A DNA stretch of 34,166 nt from Syntrophorhabdaceae bacterium (lineage in GTDB: Bacteria > Desulfobacterota > Syntrophorhabdia > Syntrophorhabdales > Syntrophorhabdaceae): contig JAOAHW010000209.1 in assembly GCA_026415015.1 (NCBI GenBank), positions 1 through 34,166 of the forward strand, given 5' to 3'. Under the pieces are notes generated by a model, which was not told the DNA's origin, did not search any database, and saw only the letters and a list, made by a program, of their open reading frames with translations. Positions 17,406 through 26,135 of the stretch are shown here, piece after piece; position 1 is the stretch's first letter, and each line of letters begins with the position of its first letter. Both the position numbers and the translations under genes were made by a program.

Positions 17406-17752
17406 CAGTCTCTTTTTTCTTTTAGCTTTGCTGCCTTGCCCTTTAAGTTTCTCAGGTAATAGAGCTTTGCCCTTCTTACCTTGCTCTTGCCCACAACCTC
17501 TATCTTTTCTATAAGGGGTGAATGCATGGGAAAGGTCTTTTCAATGCCTACACCATAAGATATCTTTCTTACTGTAAATGTGGCCCTTGTGTTTCCGCCC
17601 CTCTTTCTTATAACAACACCCTCAAAGACCTGGACCCTCTCCTTGTCACCTTCAAATATCTTCGTGTATACCTTTACGTTGTTGCCCACATTAACCTCAG
17701 GAAGGTCGAGCCTCATATGTTCCTTTTCGATTAGATCAATTGCTTCGTTCAT
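17405..17752 (-). CDS. rplS: 50S ribosomal protein L19
   Basis: [14 protein letters not shown]...[33 protein letters not shown]. The internal ATG 17752 is preferred over 17770 because it matches the family N-terminus. Confidence 0.93.
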   Translation of the reverse strand: MNEAIDLIEKEHMRLDLPEVNVGNNVKVYTKIFEGDKERVQVFEGVVIRKRGGNTRATFTVRKISYGVGIEKTFPMHSPLIEKIEVVGKSKVRRAKLYYLRNLKGKAAKLKEKRD

Positions 17753-18317
17753 CTTTGCCTCCTCTTTCACCTAAAATTCTATCGAGTATGATACCTATTG
17801 CCACCCTCAAAGACAGGTGATTGTATGCCCCTTGACCGAAGATTGGTTCCAGCATCCTGTCACAGACCTCAATGGTCTCATCTGTTAAGCCCCAGCCTGT
17901 CCCGAAAAGTATAAGGACATGCTGGCCTTCATCTTGGACAATCCTCCTCATATCTCTAAACCCGATCTGTTTATGAGGCCGAGGTTTAGAGGATGTCCCA
18001 ATAATCAGGGGATTACACTTTTTTTTCACTTCTTCTATTACAGCTTCGAGGCTTTCCCTCGTGGCAATAGTATTAAGGGCTACTCCCCTTAAAGGATTAT
18101 AATCAGCGCCATATCCATATCTCCAGTGGTCAATAAGCCTCTCCATGATCATCCTCTGCTTTACAAGGGGAGTAACAATATAGCACATTTTAATCCCAAA
18201 AGTCATGCAACTTCTTGCAATATCATGAAGCTCAAGATTATTTACACTGGTGGCAACAACCTCTTTATTTTTATTATAGACAGGATAATGGATAACAGCG
18301 ATATCTACATTACTCAG
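17736..18317 (-). CDS. SPOUT-type RNA methyltransferase of the kind found between trmD and rplS (PF09936-like); start codon unresolved
   Basis: C-terminal [15 protein letters not shown]...[19 protein letters not shown]. The frame stays open upstream of the track ATG (18206) and encodes [34 protein letters not shown]. The 5' limit given here is the CTG at 18317. Confidence 0.6.
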   Translation of the reverse strand: MSNVDIAVIHYPVYNKNKEVVATSVNNLELHDIARSCMTFGIKMCYIVTPLVKQRMIMERLIDHWRYGYGADYNPLRGVALNTIATRESLEAVIEEVKKKCNPLIIGTSSKPRPHKQIGFRDMRRIVQDEGQHVLILFGTGWGLTDETIEVCDRMLEPIFGQGAYNHLSLRVAIGIILDRILGERGGKDERSN

Positions 18318-19044
18318 ATAGACCCTCCATTATCTCCCTTATAAGGACTTCATCTTCCTTGTTTGGCTGGAACCTTTCCATTAAATCAGGTCTTCGTATT
18401 ATGGTCTTTCTTATGGATTCCCTCCTCCTCCATCTTCTTATCTCCTCGTGATTCCCTGAAAGCAAGACAGATGGTACCTCCATACCCATAAAGACCTCTG
18501 GTCGTGTATATTGAGGATATTCGAGGAGCGACTCTTCAAGGCTCTCTTTTACATGAGATTCTTTATTACCCAGGACACCAGGGACAAGCCTTGAAATAGA
18601 ATCAATAAGGACAAGGGCAGATACCTCACCCCCTGATAATATGTAGTCTCCTATAGATATCTCTTCATCTACAAGGTCTATTATCCGCTCGTCTATACCC
18701 TCATACCTGCCGCATATAAGACATAGATGGGGTTTTTTAGCGAGTCTTGAGGCTGTATGCTGTGAAAATACCCTGCCCTGTGGTGTCATGAGTATATAAT
18801 AGGGCCTCCCTAAGTTACTTTCCACATGGTTCATGGCATTATATAAAGGTTCTATCTTCATAACCATACCAGGTCCGCCGCCATATGGTGTATCATCACA
18901 TGTTTTATGGGTATCATGGGCAAAATCTCTTATGTTGACTATATTAAACCTTAAGATCTTGTTATCTGTTGCCTTTTTTATAATACTCTCATTTAAGGGT
19001 GATTCAAAGAACTTTGGAAATAGGGTAAGAACTGTAAAGATCAT
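18310..19044 (-). CDS. trmD: tRNA (guanine37-N1)-methyltransferase
   Basis: 244 aa. FTVLTLFPKFF, YGGGPGMVM and LLSGNHEEIRRWRR motifs. Confidence 0.95.
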   Translation of the reverse strand: MIFTVLTLFPKFFESPLNESIIKKATDNKILRFNIVNIRDFAHDTHKTCDDTPYGGGPGMVMKIEPLYNAMNHVESNLGRPYYILMTPQGRVFSQHTASRLAKKPHLCLICGRYEGIDERIIDLVDEEISIGDYILSGGEVSALVLIDSISRLVPGVLGNKESHVKESLEESLLEYPQYTRPEVFMGMEVPSVLLSGNHEEIRRWRRRESIRKTIIRRPDLMERFQPNKEDEVLIREIMEGLSE

Positions 19045-19538
19045 GCAAGGAGATCATCTCCCTTGACATTTATTATAGAGCGCTCAATATCGATAGATAT
19101 TACGAATGTGTCTATCATGGGTATTAGTATCTCTCTATCCCCTTTTACCACAATGACATCGTTTGCCTTTGTGTGCATTATATAATCAACCTTCCCGAGT
19201 AGTTCGCCAGACTTGTTTACTACATCAAGGCCAATAAGTTGATAGTCATAGTACTCATCTGGTCCAAGGCCCGGAAGGTCTTCTTCCTTTACAAACAACT
19301 CTTTGTTTATAAAGGGAGTGACCTTCTCTAATCCATCGTAACCAAAAAATTTAATATAAAAAATATCTTTCTGGAATCTGATACGCTCTGGTTTTAGCTC
19401 TATCCACTCATCCCTTTGCCTTACGAGGAAATTATTGTATCTATTTAATCCCTCCCTTTCCTCGTTATAATACCAGAACTTTACCTCTCCCTTTAAACCA
19501 TGGGTGGATATTACCCTTCCAATGGAGACGCATTTCAT
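19041..19538 (-). CDS. rimM: 16S rRNA processing protein RimM
   Basis: 165 aa. IGRVISTHGLKGEVK and a C-terminal PRC-barrel-like region. Its position between the KH protein gene and trmD is conserved. Confidence 0.9.
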   Translation of the reverse strand: MKCVSIGRVISTHGLKGEVKFWYYNEEREGLNRYNNFLVRQRDEWIELKPERIRFQKDIFYIKFFGYDGLEKVTPFINKELFVKEEDLPGLGPDEYYDYQLIGLDVVNKSGELLGKVDYIMHTKANDVIVVKGDREILIPMIDTFVISIDIERSIINVKGDDLLA

Positions 19539-19771
19539 TATTCAATTATTTCAAGCACTGCCCTTTTCTTTGCCTTAGTTGAGGCTGCACTGAGGATGGT
19601 CCTCATAGCCCTTGCAGTCCTGCCCTGCTTTCCAATTACCTTGCCAAGGTCATCCTTGGCTACATTTAATTCAATTACTGATGTCTTCTCTCCCTCGATC
19701 TCAGCAACCTTCACCTGATCTGGATTGTCTACCAATGCCTTTGCAATGAACTCGATTAAGTCTCTTAACAT
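19538..19771 (-). CDS. KH-domain RNA-binding protein (UPF0109)
   Basis: 77 aa. [11 protein letters not shown]...[16 protein letters not shown]. Confidence 0.9.
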   Translation of the reverse strand: MLRDLIEFIAKALVDNPDQVKVAEIEGEKTSVIELNVAKDDLGKVIGKQGRTARAMRTILSAASTKAKKRAVLEIIE

Positions 19772-19787
19772 CTCCCACCTCCGGATA

Positions 19788-20045
19788 TTATTGTGTTAAT
19801 TCTTTTAAGACCCCTTCTTTCTTAAAGATGTTTTCTACAGTTTTTGTGGGCTTAGCCCCTTTTTTATACCATGCCTTTATCTTTTCCCTGTCGAGGGTTA
19901 TCTGGGCTGGCTCTCTTAACGGATCATAGGTCCCCACATTCTCTATAAACCTGCCATCTCTCGGATAGATGCTCTCTGCCACAACAATCCTGTAAAAAGG
20001 TTTCTTCTTAGTCCCGTAACGTGATAATCTGAACTTAACAGCCAA
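19788..20045 (-). CDS. rpsP: 30S ribosomal protein S16
   Basis: [23 protein letters not shown]... Confidence 0.95.
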   Translation of the reverse strand: MAVKFRLSRYGTKKKPFYRIVVAESIYPRDGRFIENVGTYDPLREPAQITLDREKIKAWYKKGAKPTKTVENIFKKEGVLKELTQ

Positions 20046-20056
20046 TATGCCACCTC

Positions 20057-21388
20057 CTATCGGAATAATAATTGTTTTGGTAGACCTTTCATTCCACCTT
20101 TTGCGAATTTCTTTATCATCTTCTTTGTCTCTGCATATTTTTTAAGCAGGTCATTCACATCCTGCACCTTTGTCCCGCTACCTTTTGATATCCTGAGCCT
20201 CCTGCTCCCGTCTATTATATGGGGATAGAGCCTCTCTTTTTTTGTCATGGAGTTGATAATAGCCTCTATCTTTTTAATATCCTTTTCCGCTGCCTGAAAA
20301 TCTATAGCACCCTTTAATTTGTTTAGACCTGGAAACATACTAATTATGGATTCCAGTGAGCCGAGTTTTTTCATCTGTTTTATCTGGTCCCTGAAATCCT
20401 CAAGGGTAAACTCATCCTTCCTTATCCTCTTTTCAAGCTCCCTTGCCTTTTTCTCATCAAAGACCTCCTGGGCCTTTTCCACAAGGGATACCACATCACC
20501 CATACCGAGGATACGGGATGCCATCCTCTCAGGATGGAAGGGTTCAAGGGCATCGAGTTTTTCGCCAATGCCTATGAGTTTTATGGGTCTTCCTGTTACA
20601 GCCCTTATGGAGAGTGCTGCACCACCTCTGGTATCTCCATCGAGCTTGGTCAGTATTACACCATCTATACCAAGCCTCTCATGGAATGTCTTTGCAATAC
20701 CCACGGCATCCTGACCTGTCATGGAGTCTATGACAAGGAGGGTCTCCTTAGGGTTAAGGACCTTTTTCTGGTTTATGAGCTCCTCAACCATCTCATCATT
20801 TATATGGAGCCTACCTGCTGTATCAACAATGACAATATCAAATCCGTTTTTCATGGCATAGGCCTTTGCCTCTGTGCAGAGGACAACAGGGTTTTTAATG
20901 TCCTTTACAGGGAATGTGCTTATACCTATCTGATTACCTATCTTCGTCAATTGCTCAATAGCAGCAGGCCTATATATATCAGTGGGGACAAGTAGTGGTT
21001 TTCTACCTTTTTTTCTTAAGAATAAGGCAAGCTTCCCTGCTGTGGTAGTCTTACCAGAACCTTGAAGCCCGGCCAAAAGCACAGCAACAGGTGGTGAACC
21101 ACCTACATCAACAGGGACATTCACCCTGCCTAAAAGCTCGCAGAGTTCATCATACACTATCTTTATAAACTGCTGGCCCGGTGTTATGCTTGTTAAGACC
21201 TCTGCCCCGAGAGCCTTTTCTTTTATTTTGTCGAGAAAATCTTTAACAACCTTATAGTTGACGTCTGCCTCAAGGAGGGCAACCCTAACCTCCCTTAGGG
21301 AATCCTTTATATTATCTTCAGAGAGCTTGCCATAGCCCCTTAGTTTTTTAAATGTTGTCTCTAATCTCTCCTGTAACCTTTCGAACAT
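20057..21388 (-). CDS. ffh: Signal recognition particle protein Ffh
   Basis: 443 aa. [15 protein letters not shown] and TKLDGD motifs, plus a Met-rich M domain. Confidence 0.95.
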   Translation of the reverse strand: MFERLQERLETTFKKLRGYGKLSEDNIKDSLREVRVALLEADVNYKVVKDFLDKIKEKALGAEVLTSITPGQQFIKIVYDELCELLGRVNVPVDVGGSPPVAVLLAGLQGSGKTTTAGKLALFLRKKGRKPLLVPTDIYRPAAIEQLTKIGNQIGISTFPVKDIKNPVVLCTEAKAYAMKNGFDIVIVDTAGRLHINDEMVEELINQKKVLNPKETLLVIDSMTGQDAVGIAKTFHERLGIDGVILTKLDGDTRGGAALSIRAVTGRPIKLIGIGEKLDALEPFHPERMASRILGMGDVVSLVEKAQEVFDEKKARELEKRIRKDEFTLEDFRDQIKQMKKLGSLESIISMFPGLNKLKGAIDFQAAEKDIKKIEAIINSMTKKERLYPHIIDGSRRLRISKGSGTKVQDVNDLLKKYAETKKMIKKFAKGGMKGLPKQLLFR

Positions 21389-21397
21389 ACAGCCAAT

Positions 21398-21426
21398 AAG
21401 ATAATAGAAAAATCACATATAGTCAA
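21398..21426 (-). promoter_or_regulatory. Possible sigma70-type promoter for ffh (TTGACT-17-TATCTT)
   Basis: The hexamers are read on the minus strand. The -10 lies only ~9 nt from the ATG, which would imply a near-leaderless mRNA. No SD is visible. Confidence 0.3.
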
Positions 21427-21478
21427 TGATAATCAACATTAAGGTATTTATATCTTTTGAAAAATAAAGGTAATATAA

Positions 21479-21913
21479 TTAAAGGCTAAGGAGCTTAAAC
21501 CCTGATACAGGATCAGGTTCTCTTGAAGCGTCTATTCCATCAAGTTCAAGGATAATCCCCTCTAATATGATGAATGTATCTGCTGACCCTCTCAGACAGC
21601 CTACCCTTGTGCTGTCTTTTTTACCGTATGCACCGTGGAGATGTATAATAGGTTCATCTTTATGCCAGAATATAGTACCAATCCCAAGGGTCTCATGGCT
21701 TTCTGTGAGCCTACGCCATACAGGTTCAGGTGGCAGCTCATCCCTTTCAGGACCAACAACAATATCTGCCTTTTTTATACCACCTACAAGATAGAGGATG
21801 CCTGCCTTTATATCTTCTTTTTTTACAATGTCTATAATATGTTCGAGTACTGGATCGCCATCATCAAACTGGAGTACAAATACCCTTCCTATCCTGGCTG
21901 TCTTATATTTCAT
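21479..21913 (-). CDS. PPC/DUF296 domain protein
   Basis: 144 aa. VFVLQFDDGDPVLEHI...HLHGAYG pattern of PPC (PCC) domain proteins. Confidence 0.7.
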   Translation of the reverse strand: MKYKTARIGRVFVLQFDDGDPVLEHIIDIVKKEDIKAGILYLVGGIKKADIVVGPERDELPPEPVWRRLTESHETLGIGTIFWHKDEPIIHLHGAYGKKDSTRVGCLRGSADTFIILEGIILELDGIDASREPDPVSGFKLLSL

Positions 21914-21945
21914 CTATTTCCTTTTATCCTTAAAACTAACTTAAA

Positions 21946-22290
21946 TCACTTTTTGATAGGCTCTAGATCCACCTCTTTGCCAAAGGTATCGGCAAGCTCT
22001 TTTTCGAGCCCTTCAAGGTCATCTTTTTTATCGAACTCTATGACGAGCTCCCTGTCGTCCAAGACCTTGAGCCTACCATACTTTTTCACAATCTCGGTGA
22101 CCTTTATCGGGTCTACAGTAATCCATCCCTTCATCCGCTTTACAAGCTCCTCACCATTAAAGGCCCTCTCTATGGTGAGGTCCACCTTTCTTTTCTTTGC
22201 CTCCCAACCCACAAGGGCTGGCTGAACAACCATAGGTGTAACAGGGTCATGCATGGCCGCACACCTGAACCATAGTTTAGCCCTAATCAT
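21946..22290 (-). CDS. Hypothetical protein (114 aa), no family recognised
   Basis: ORF with a good SD (GAGGTGAAGGA) upstream of ATG 22290. It is co-directional with the PPC gene and divergent from iclR. Confidence 0.5.
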   Translation of the reverse strand: MIRAKLWFRCAAMHDPVTPMVVQPALVGWEAKKRKVDLTIERAFNGEELVKRMKGWITVDPIKVTEIVKKYGRLKVLDDRELVIEFDKKDDLEGLEKELADTFGKEVDLEPIKK

Positions 22291-22307
22291 AATCCTTCAC
22301 CTCATTT

Positions 22308-22336
22308 TTTATAAAGAAGAAATATTTTATCAATAA
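22308..22336 (-). promoter_or_regulatory. Possible promoter for the 114-aa ORF/PPC pair (TTATTG-17-TATAAA)
   Basis: Minus-strand hexamers with a 17-nt spacer. The -35 is weak. Confidence 0.3.
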
Positions 22337-22422
22337 CAGCCAATCCTCACAAGGGAAAAATGAAATATTGTCTCTGTTCACTATCGTAATTTAGTATCTA
22401 TAAATTCAACATCAAATAAACA

Positions 22423-22451
22423 TTGACAAATCATGCTATTCATTATATAAA
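22423..22451 (+). promoter_or_regulatory. Sigma70-type promoter of the IclR gene (TTGACA-17-TATAAA)
   Basis: Consensus -35 at 22423-22428, a 17-nt spacer, and the -10 at 22446-22451, 18 nt before the ATG. Confidence 0.55.
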
Positions 22452-22468
22452 GTTCATCATAGTGAATT

Positions 22469-23233
22469 ATGTATAATGCACCTATTATAAAAAAGGCCTT
22501 TGAGATTATAAAATTGATGGTAGAGGACTATAACCTCCTCGGCGTAACAGATATATCAAAACGCCTTTCCATAAGCAAAAGCACAGTCTTTGGTATCCTC
22601 AAGGCACTTGAGGATGAAAACCTAATAATAAAGGACAACTCCAACAAAAAATACCTTATAGGTCCAGGGCTTTTTGAGTTGTCAAAGAAGGTTTTTAAGG
22701 GTGGGGAACTCTCAAACATTGCAAGGCCATTTCTTGAAAGGCTTGTGGATTATGTAGATGAGACAGTCTTTCTATGCATAAGAGAAGAAGACAATATTGA
22801 AACCCTCGATGTTATTGAGGCGAGAAAAGCTGTGAAGATCTCATCTCCTGTTGGAACAAAGATGCCCATCACAGCATCTGTTCTATGCAAGATATTCCTA
22901 TCACCCATGAAAAATGACGATATAAGGGATTTTCTTTCGAGGAAGGGCCTGCCAAAATATACAGAGAACAGCATTACAGACATAGATAAATTTTTAGAGG
23001 AGATAGAAAAAACAAGAAAATTGGGCTATAGCCTTGACCTTGAGGAGTATCTAAGGGGTGTAAGGGCGCTGGCAACACTTTTATATTATAGCGATGGCAC
23101 ACCTGCAGGGGCAATATGTATAGTTGGATTTTCAAGGTCTATCAAAGATGAAAAACTGCCCATGATGATACAGCACCTGAAAAATACTGCGAAACTCATA
23201 AATCAGAGGCTCTTGCAGCTTAATATCAAATAG
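22469..23233 (+). CDS. IclR family transcriptional regulator
   Basis: 254 aa. N-terminal wHTH (ISKRLSISKSTVFGILKAL) and a C-terminal IclR effector domain pattern. Confidence 0.88.
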   Translation: MYNAPIIKKAFEIIKLMVEDYNLLGVTDISKRLSISKSTVFGILKALEDENLIIKDNSNKKYLIGPGLFELSKKVFKGGELSNIARPFLERLVDYVDETVFLCIREEDNIETLDVIEARKAVKISSPVGTKMPITASVLCKIFLSPMKNDDIRDFLSRKGLPKYTENSITDIDKFLEEIEKTRKLGYSLDLEEYLRGVRALATLLYYSDGTPAGAICIVGFSRSIKDEKLPMMIQHLKNTAKLINQRLLQLNIK

Positions 23234-23276
23234 TGATAGTAAAATATTGCCCAAAGAAATTGAAACAGGGATTAAC

Positions 23277-23292
23277 TACCAAGGCATTGGTA
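23277..23292 (+). terminator. Weak hairpin after the IclR gene (TACCAA-GGCA-TTGGTA)
   Basis: 6-bp perfect stem with a 4-nt loop, followed by ATTGTTG. The T-tract is poor. Confidence 0.25.
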
Positions 23293-23296
23293 ATTG

Positions 23297-23325
23297 TTGA
23301 CACTCCATAAAGAGGGATATTCAAT
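23297..23325 (+). promoter_or_regulatory. Possible promoter of the lipoprotein gene (TTGACA-17-TTCAAT)
   Basis: Consensus -35, a 17-nt spacer and an acceptable -10, 32 nt before ATG 23358. Confidence 0.45.
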
Positions 23326-23357
23326 CAATCCGGTCTTTATTTTGCAGGATATATAAC

Positions 23358-24056
23358 ATGAGGTCTAATACATTATTAAAAATATTTTGCATCTCTGTTT
23401 GTATTGTCCTTGTCTCATGTGCAGGTATTAATGAGAAACACAGGGGATTACTAAAACCGGATGAAAAATATATAGATTGTAGGCCTGTAGTGGATGAAAA
23501 AAACAAGGGGTCACCCATGTTAAGATGCGCTATCAGCTATGACCAGTTAAATTTTTTTACGCCACCTGGAACCAAACTAATAATGATGGCTGATTCAGGT
23601 GAAAGGCTTGAATTATGGTGGACTATTGACTGGCTTGGCATGGGCTATATATTTCCTCGATGGAGATTCGCCCTTATGTACTTTAACCCGAAAGGAAAAG
23701 AAGAGCTCATCTCAGGTGTCAGGATAGGTGAATGTCGCTTTCGTGAGGGCTGTAATCACGGGGCATACTTTGGACCGGACATGAACAAAAACAACACCCC
23801 TGATTATTTTACAGAGATAATCTGGGATAACTGGGATTATGGAGATGATGACGGTGTAAAGGGCTATCTTGACCACTATCAGCATGTCTATAAACCCCTT
23901 ATAAACCAATATACAGTTACAAGGTTCCTATATTTTTATCCTGAAAAATGTACACCTCCTGTAAGCCCAAGGGATGAGGTCTGCAAAATTTCAGAGGAGT
24001 GTAAACCACCTTACAGATTAAAAGAAAAAAAGATTATCAAGTCTATGAGCTTTTAA
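23358..24056 (+). CDS. Cys/Trp/Tyr-rich lipoprotein of unknown function
   Basis: 232 aa. Signal peptide with lipobox (CIVLVS-C-AG). The mature part has several conserved-looking Cys and many aromatic residues. No family recognised. Confidence 0.6.
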   Translation: MRSNTLLKIFCISVCIVLVSCAGINEKHRGLLKPDEKYIDCRPVVDEKNKGSPMLRCAISYDQLNFFTPPGTKLIMMADSGERLELWWTIDWLGMGYIFPRWRFALMYFNPKGKEELISGVRIGECRFREGCNHGAYFGPDMNKNNTPDYFTEIIWDNWDYGDDDGVKGYLDHYQHVYKPLINQYTVTRFLYFYPEKCTPPVSPRDEVCKISEECKPPYRLKEKKIIKSMSF

Positions 24057-24079
24057 ATTTTGACATATAAACCTACAAT

Positions 24080-25534
24080 ATGATAAAAATACATGCCATG
24101 GACATAAATATATTCAACACTTTCACAGGAAAGAAAGAGCCATTTAAACCTATCAAGGATAGCTCTGTAGGGATATATGTATGCGGTGTCACTGTATACG
24201 ACCACTGCCATATTGGTCATGCAAGAAGCGCCATAGTCTTCGATGTAATAATTAGATATCTACTGGAGAGGGGTTATGAGGTAACATCTGTTAAAAACTT
24301 TACAGACATAGATGACAAGATTATAAAGAGATCCATAGAAGAGGGTATATCATGGAGGGAGGTGTCAGAGAAGTATATTGGCTCATTTTATGAAGATATG
24401 GACAGCCTGAATATCTTAAGACCCACATACGAGCCAAGGGCAACAGAACATATAGATGATATGATAAGACTTGTGGAGACACTTCTCAAAAATGGTAATG
24501 CATACATAATGGATGGCGATGTATATTTTAGTGTTGAAAGCTTTAAAGGATATGGTGAGCTGTCAAAGAGGTCCATTGATGAGATGATGGCAGGGGCAAG
24601 GGTAGACATAAATGAAAAAAAGAAAAATCCCCTTGATTTTGCCCTTTGGAAGTCATCAAAAGAAGGTGAACCCTGGTGGGATGCACCATTTGGAAGAGGA
24701 AGACCTGGCTGGCATATAGAATGCTCTGCCATGAGCACAAAATACCTTGGAAACCCCTTTGATATCCACGGTGGAGGTAAGGATCTCATATTCCCCCATC
24801 ATGAAAATGAACGCGCCCAGACAGAAGCAGCGACCCTTAAAAGATTTGTAAACTACTGGATACACAATGGATTTGTGAATATAGAAAAAGAAAAGATGTC
24901 AAAATCATTAGGTAATATCCTGCTTATAAAGGATTTTATTAGAGAATATCACCCTGAGACCCTGAGGCTCTTTTTTCTCTCCAACCATTACAGGAGCCCT
25001 GTAGACTATAATGAAAAATCCATAGATGACAGTAATAGCGCCCTATACAGACTATATCATACTGTAGAGAGGGCAGATGAACTGGAGAGTCAGAAAAATG
25101 CACAACCCATGGTCTTTTCTGAGGCAGATGTTGTTAAAAATAGGTTTTATGAGGCCATGGACGATGATTTCAATACAGCTTTAGCCCTTTCGTGCATATT
25201 TGAGTTGTCCAGGATACTAAACAGGTTAATGGACACCCAGGATGAAAGTGGTCTCCCCTTTGTTTTATACACAAAAAATACCCTCCTCTATCTCTCCCAA
25301 ATCCTCGGCATCCTCAAGGATAAATGGCATATATATGACGAGAATGAAAAAACAAGACACCTTAACCGCATTGGCTTTAGTCTTGCAGAATTAAATAAGG
25401 CCATAGAGGAGAGGGTAGAGGCAAGGAAGAATAGGGATTTTAAAAAGGCTGATAGCATAAGAGAGATGCTTATTGGAAAGGGTATACTATTACAGGATAC
25501 CCCAAAAGGCACTGAATGGAGAATAAAAAAATAA
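24080..25534 (+). CDS. cysS: Cysteine--tRNA ligase
   Basis: HIGH-type motif (CHIGHARS) and KMSKS. The alternative in-frame ATG 24098 (MDINIFNTFTGKKEPF) fits family N-termini better. Confidence 0.95.
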   Translation: MIKIHAMDINIFNTFTGKKEPFKPIKDSSVGIYVCGVTVYDHCHIGHARSAIVFDVIIRYLLERGYEVTSVKNFTDIDDKIIKRSIEEGISWREVSEKYIGSFYEDMDSLNILRPTYEPRATEHIDDMIRLVETLLKNGNAYIMDGDVYFSVESFKGYGELSKRSIDEMMAGARVDINEKKKNPLDFALWKSSKEGEPWWDAPFGRGRPGWHIECSAMSTKYLGNPFDIHGGGKDLIFPHHENERAQTEAATLKRFVNYWIHNGFVNIEKEKMSKSLGNILLIKDFIREYHPETLRLFFLSNHYRSPVDYNEKSIDDSNSALYRLYHTVERADELESQKNAQPMVFSEADVVKNRFYEAMDDDFNTALALSCIFELSRILNRLMDTQDESGLPFVLYTKNTLLYLSQILGILKDKWHIYDENEKTRHLNRIGFSLAELNKAIEERVEARKNRDFKKADSIREMLIGKGILLQDTPKGTEWRIKK

Positions 25535-25554
25535 TCTTATAAAGGAGAACTTTG

Positions 25555-26103
25555 ATGATAGAAGTAAGGTTTCATGGAAGAGGTGGCCAGGGTGCAGTAA
25601 CATCAGCAGAGCTTGTGGCACAGGCAGCAATAAAGGGTAATATGTATGCCCAGGCGTTCCCTAGTTTTGGCCCTGAGAGAAGAGGGGCACCAGTTCAAGC
25701 ATTTTTAAGGGTCTCTGATAGGCCCATCAAGCTCAGGGCAAAGGTATATCACCCCAATAATGTTGTTATTCTCGATGCGACCCTCCTTGGTGTTGTTAAT
25801 CCCTCTGAAGGACTGAAAAAAGACGGGTTCATAATAATAAATACCAGTAAATCTGAAGATGAGCTAAAAAACCTCTTTCCAGGATGCAATATCGCTGTTG
25901 TTGACGCAACACACATAGCCAAAGAGGAACTCGGGGTGCCTATAACAAATACCACCATGCTCGGTGCCCTTGTAAAGGCATCTAATATTATAAATATAGA
26001 ACTCCTTGAAGAACCGGTAAGGGAGAGATTTGGCGTTATAGCCCAGAGAAACATAAATGCATACATGAGGGCTTATAACGAAACCAAAATCATAAAGACT
26101 TAA
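25555..26103 (+). CDS. 2-oxoacid:ferredoxin oxidoreductase gamma subunit (PorG-like), stand-alone
   Basis: MIEVRFHGRGGQGAVTSAELVA...FGPERRGAPV. AGGAG lies 7 nt upstream of ATG 25555. No alpha, beta or delta subunit genes are adjacent. Confidence 0.85.
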   Translation: MIEVRFHGRGGQGAVTSAELVAQAAIKGNMYAQAFPSFGPERRGAPVQAFLRVSDRPIKLRAKVYHPNNVVILDATLLGVVNPSEGLKKDGFIIINTSKSEDELKNLFPGCNIAVVDATHIAKEELGVPITNTTMLGALVKASNIINIELLEEPVRERFGVIAQRNINAYMRAYNETKIIKT

Positions 26104-26135
26104 GCTGCCTGGACAGAGGGCCTATCTTTTTTACC

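Noticed and set aside
22377-22466. 8-bp inverted repeat TTCACTAT ... ATAGTGAA flanking the iclR promoter, as a possible IclR operator
   Set aside because: The arms are 74 bp apart in a very AT-rich region, so a chance occurrence is plausible. Sequence alone gives no supporting evidence.
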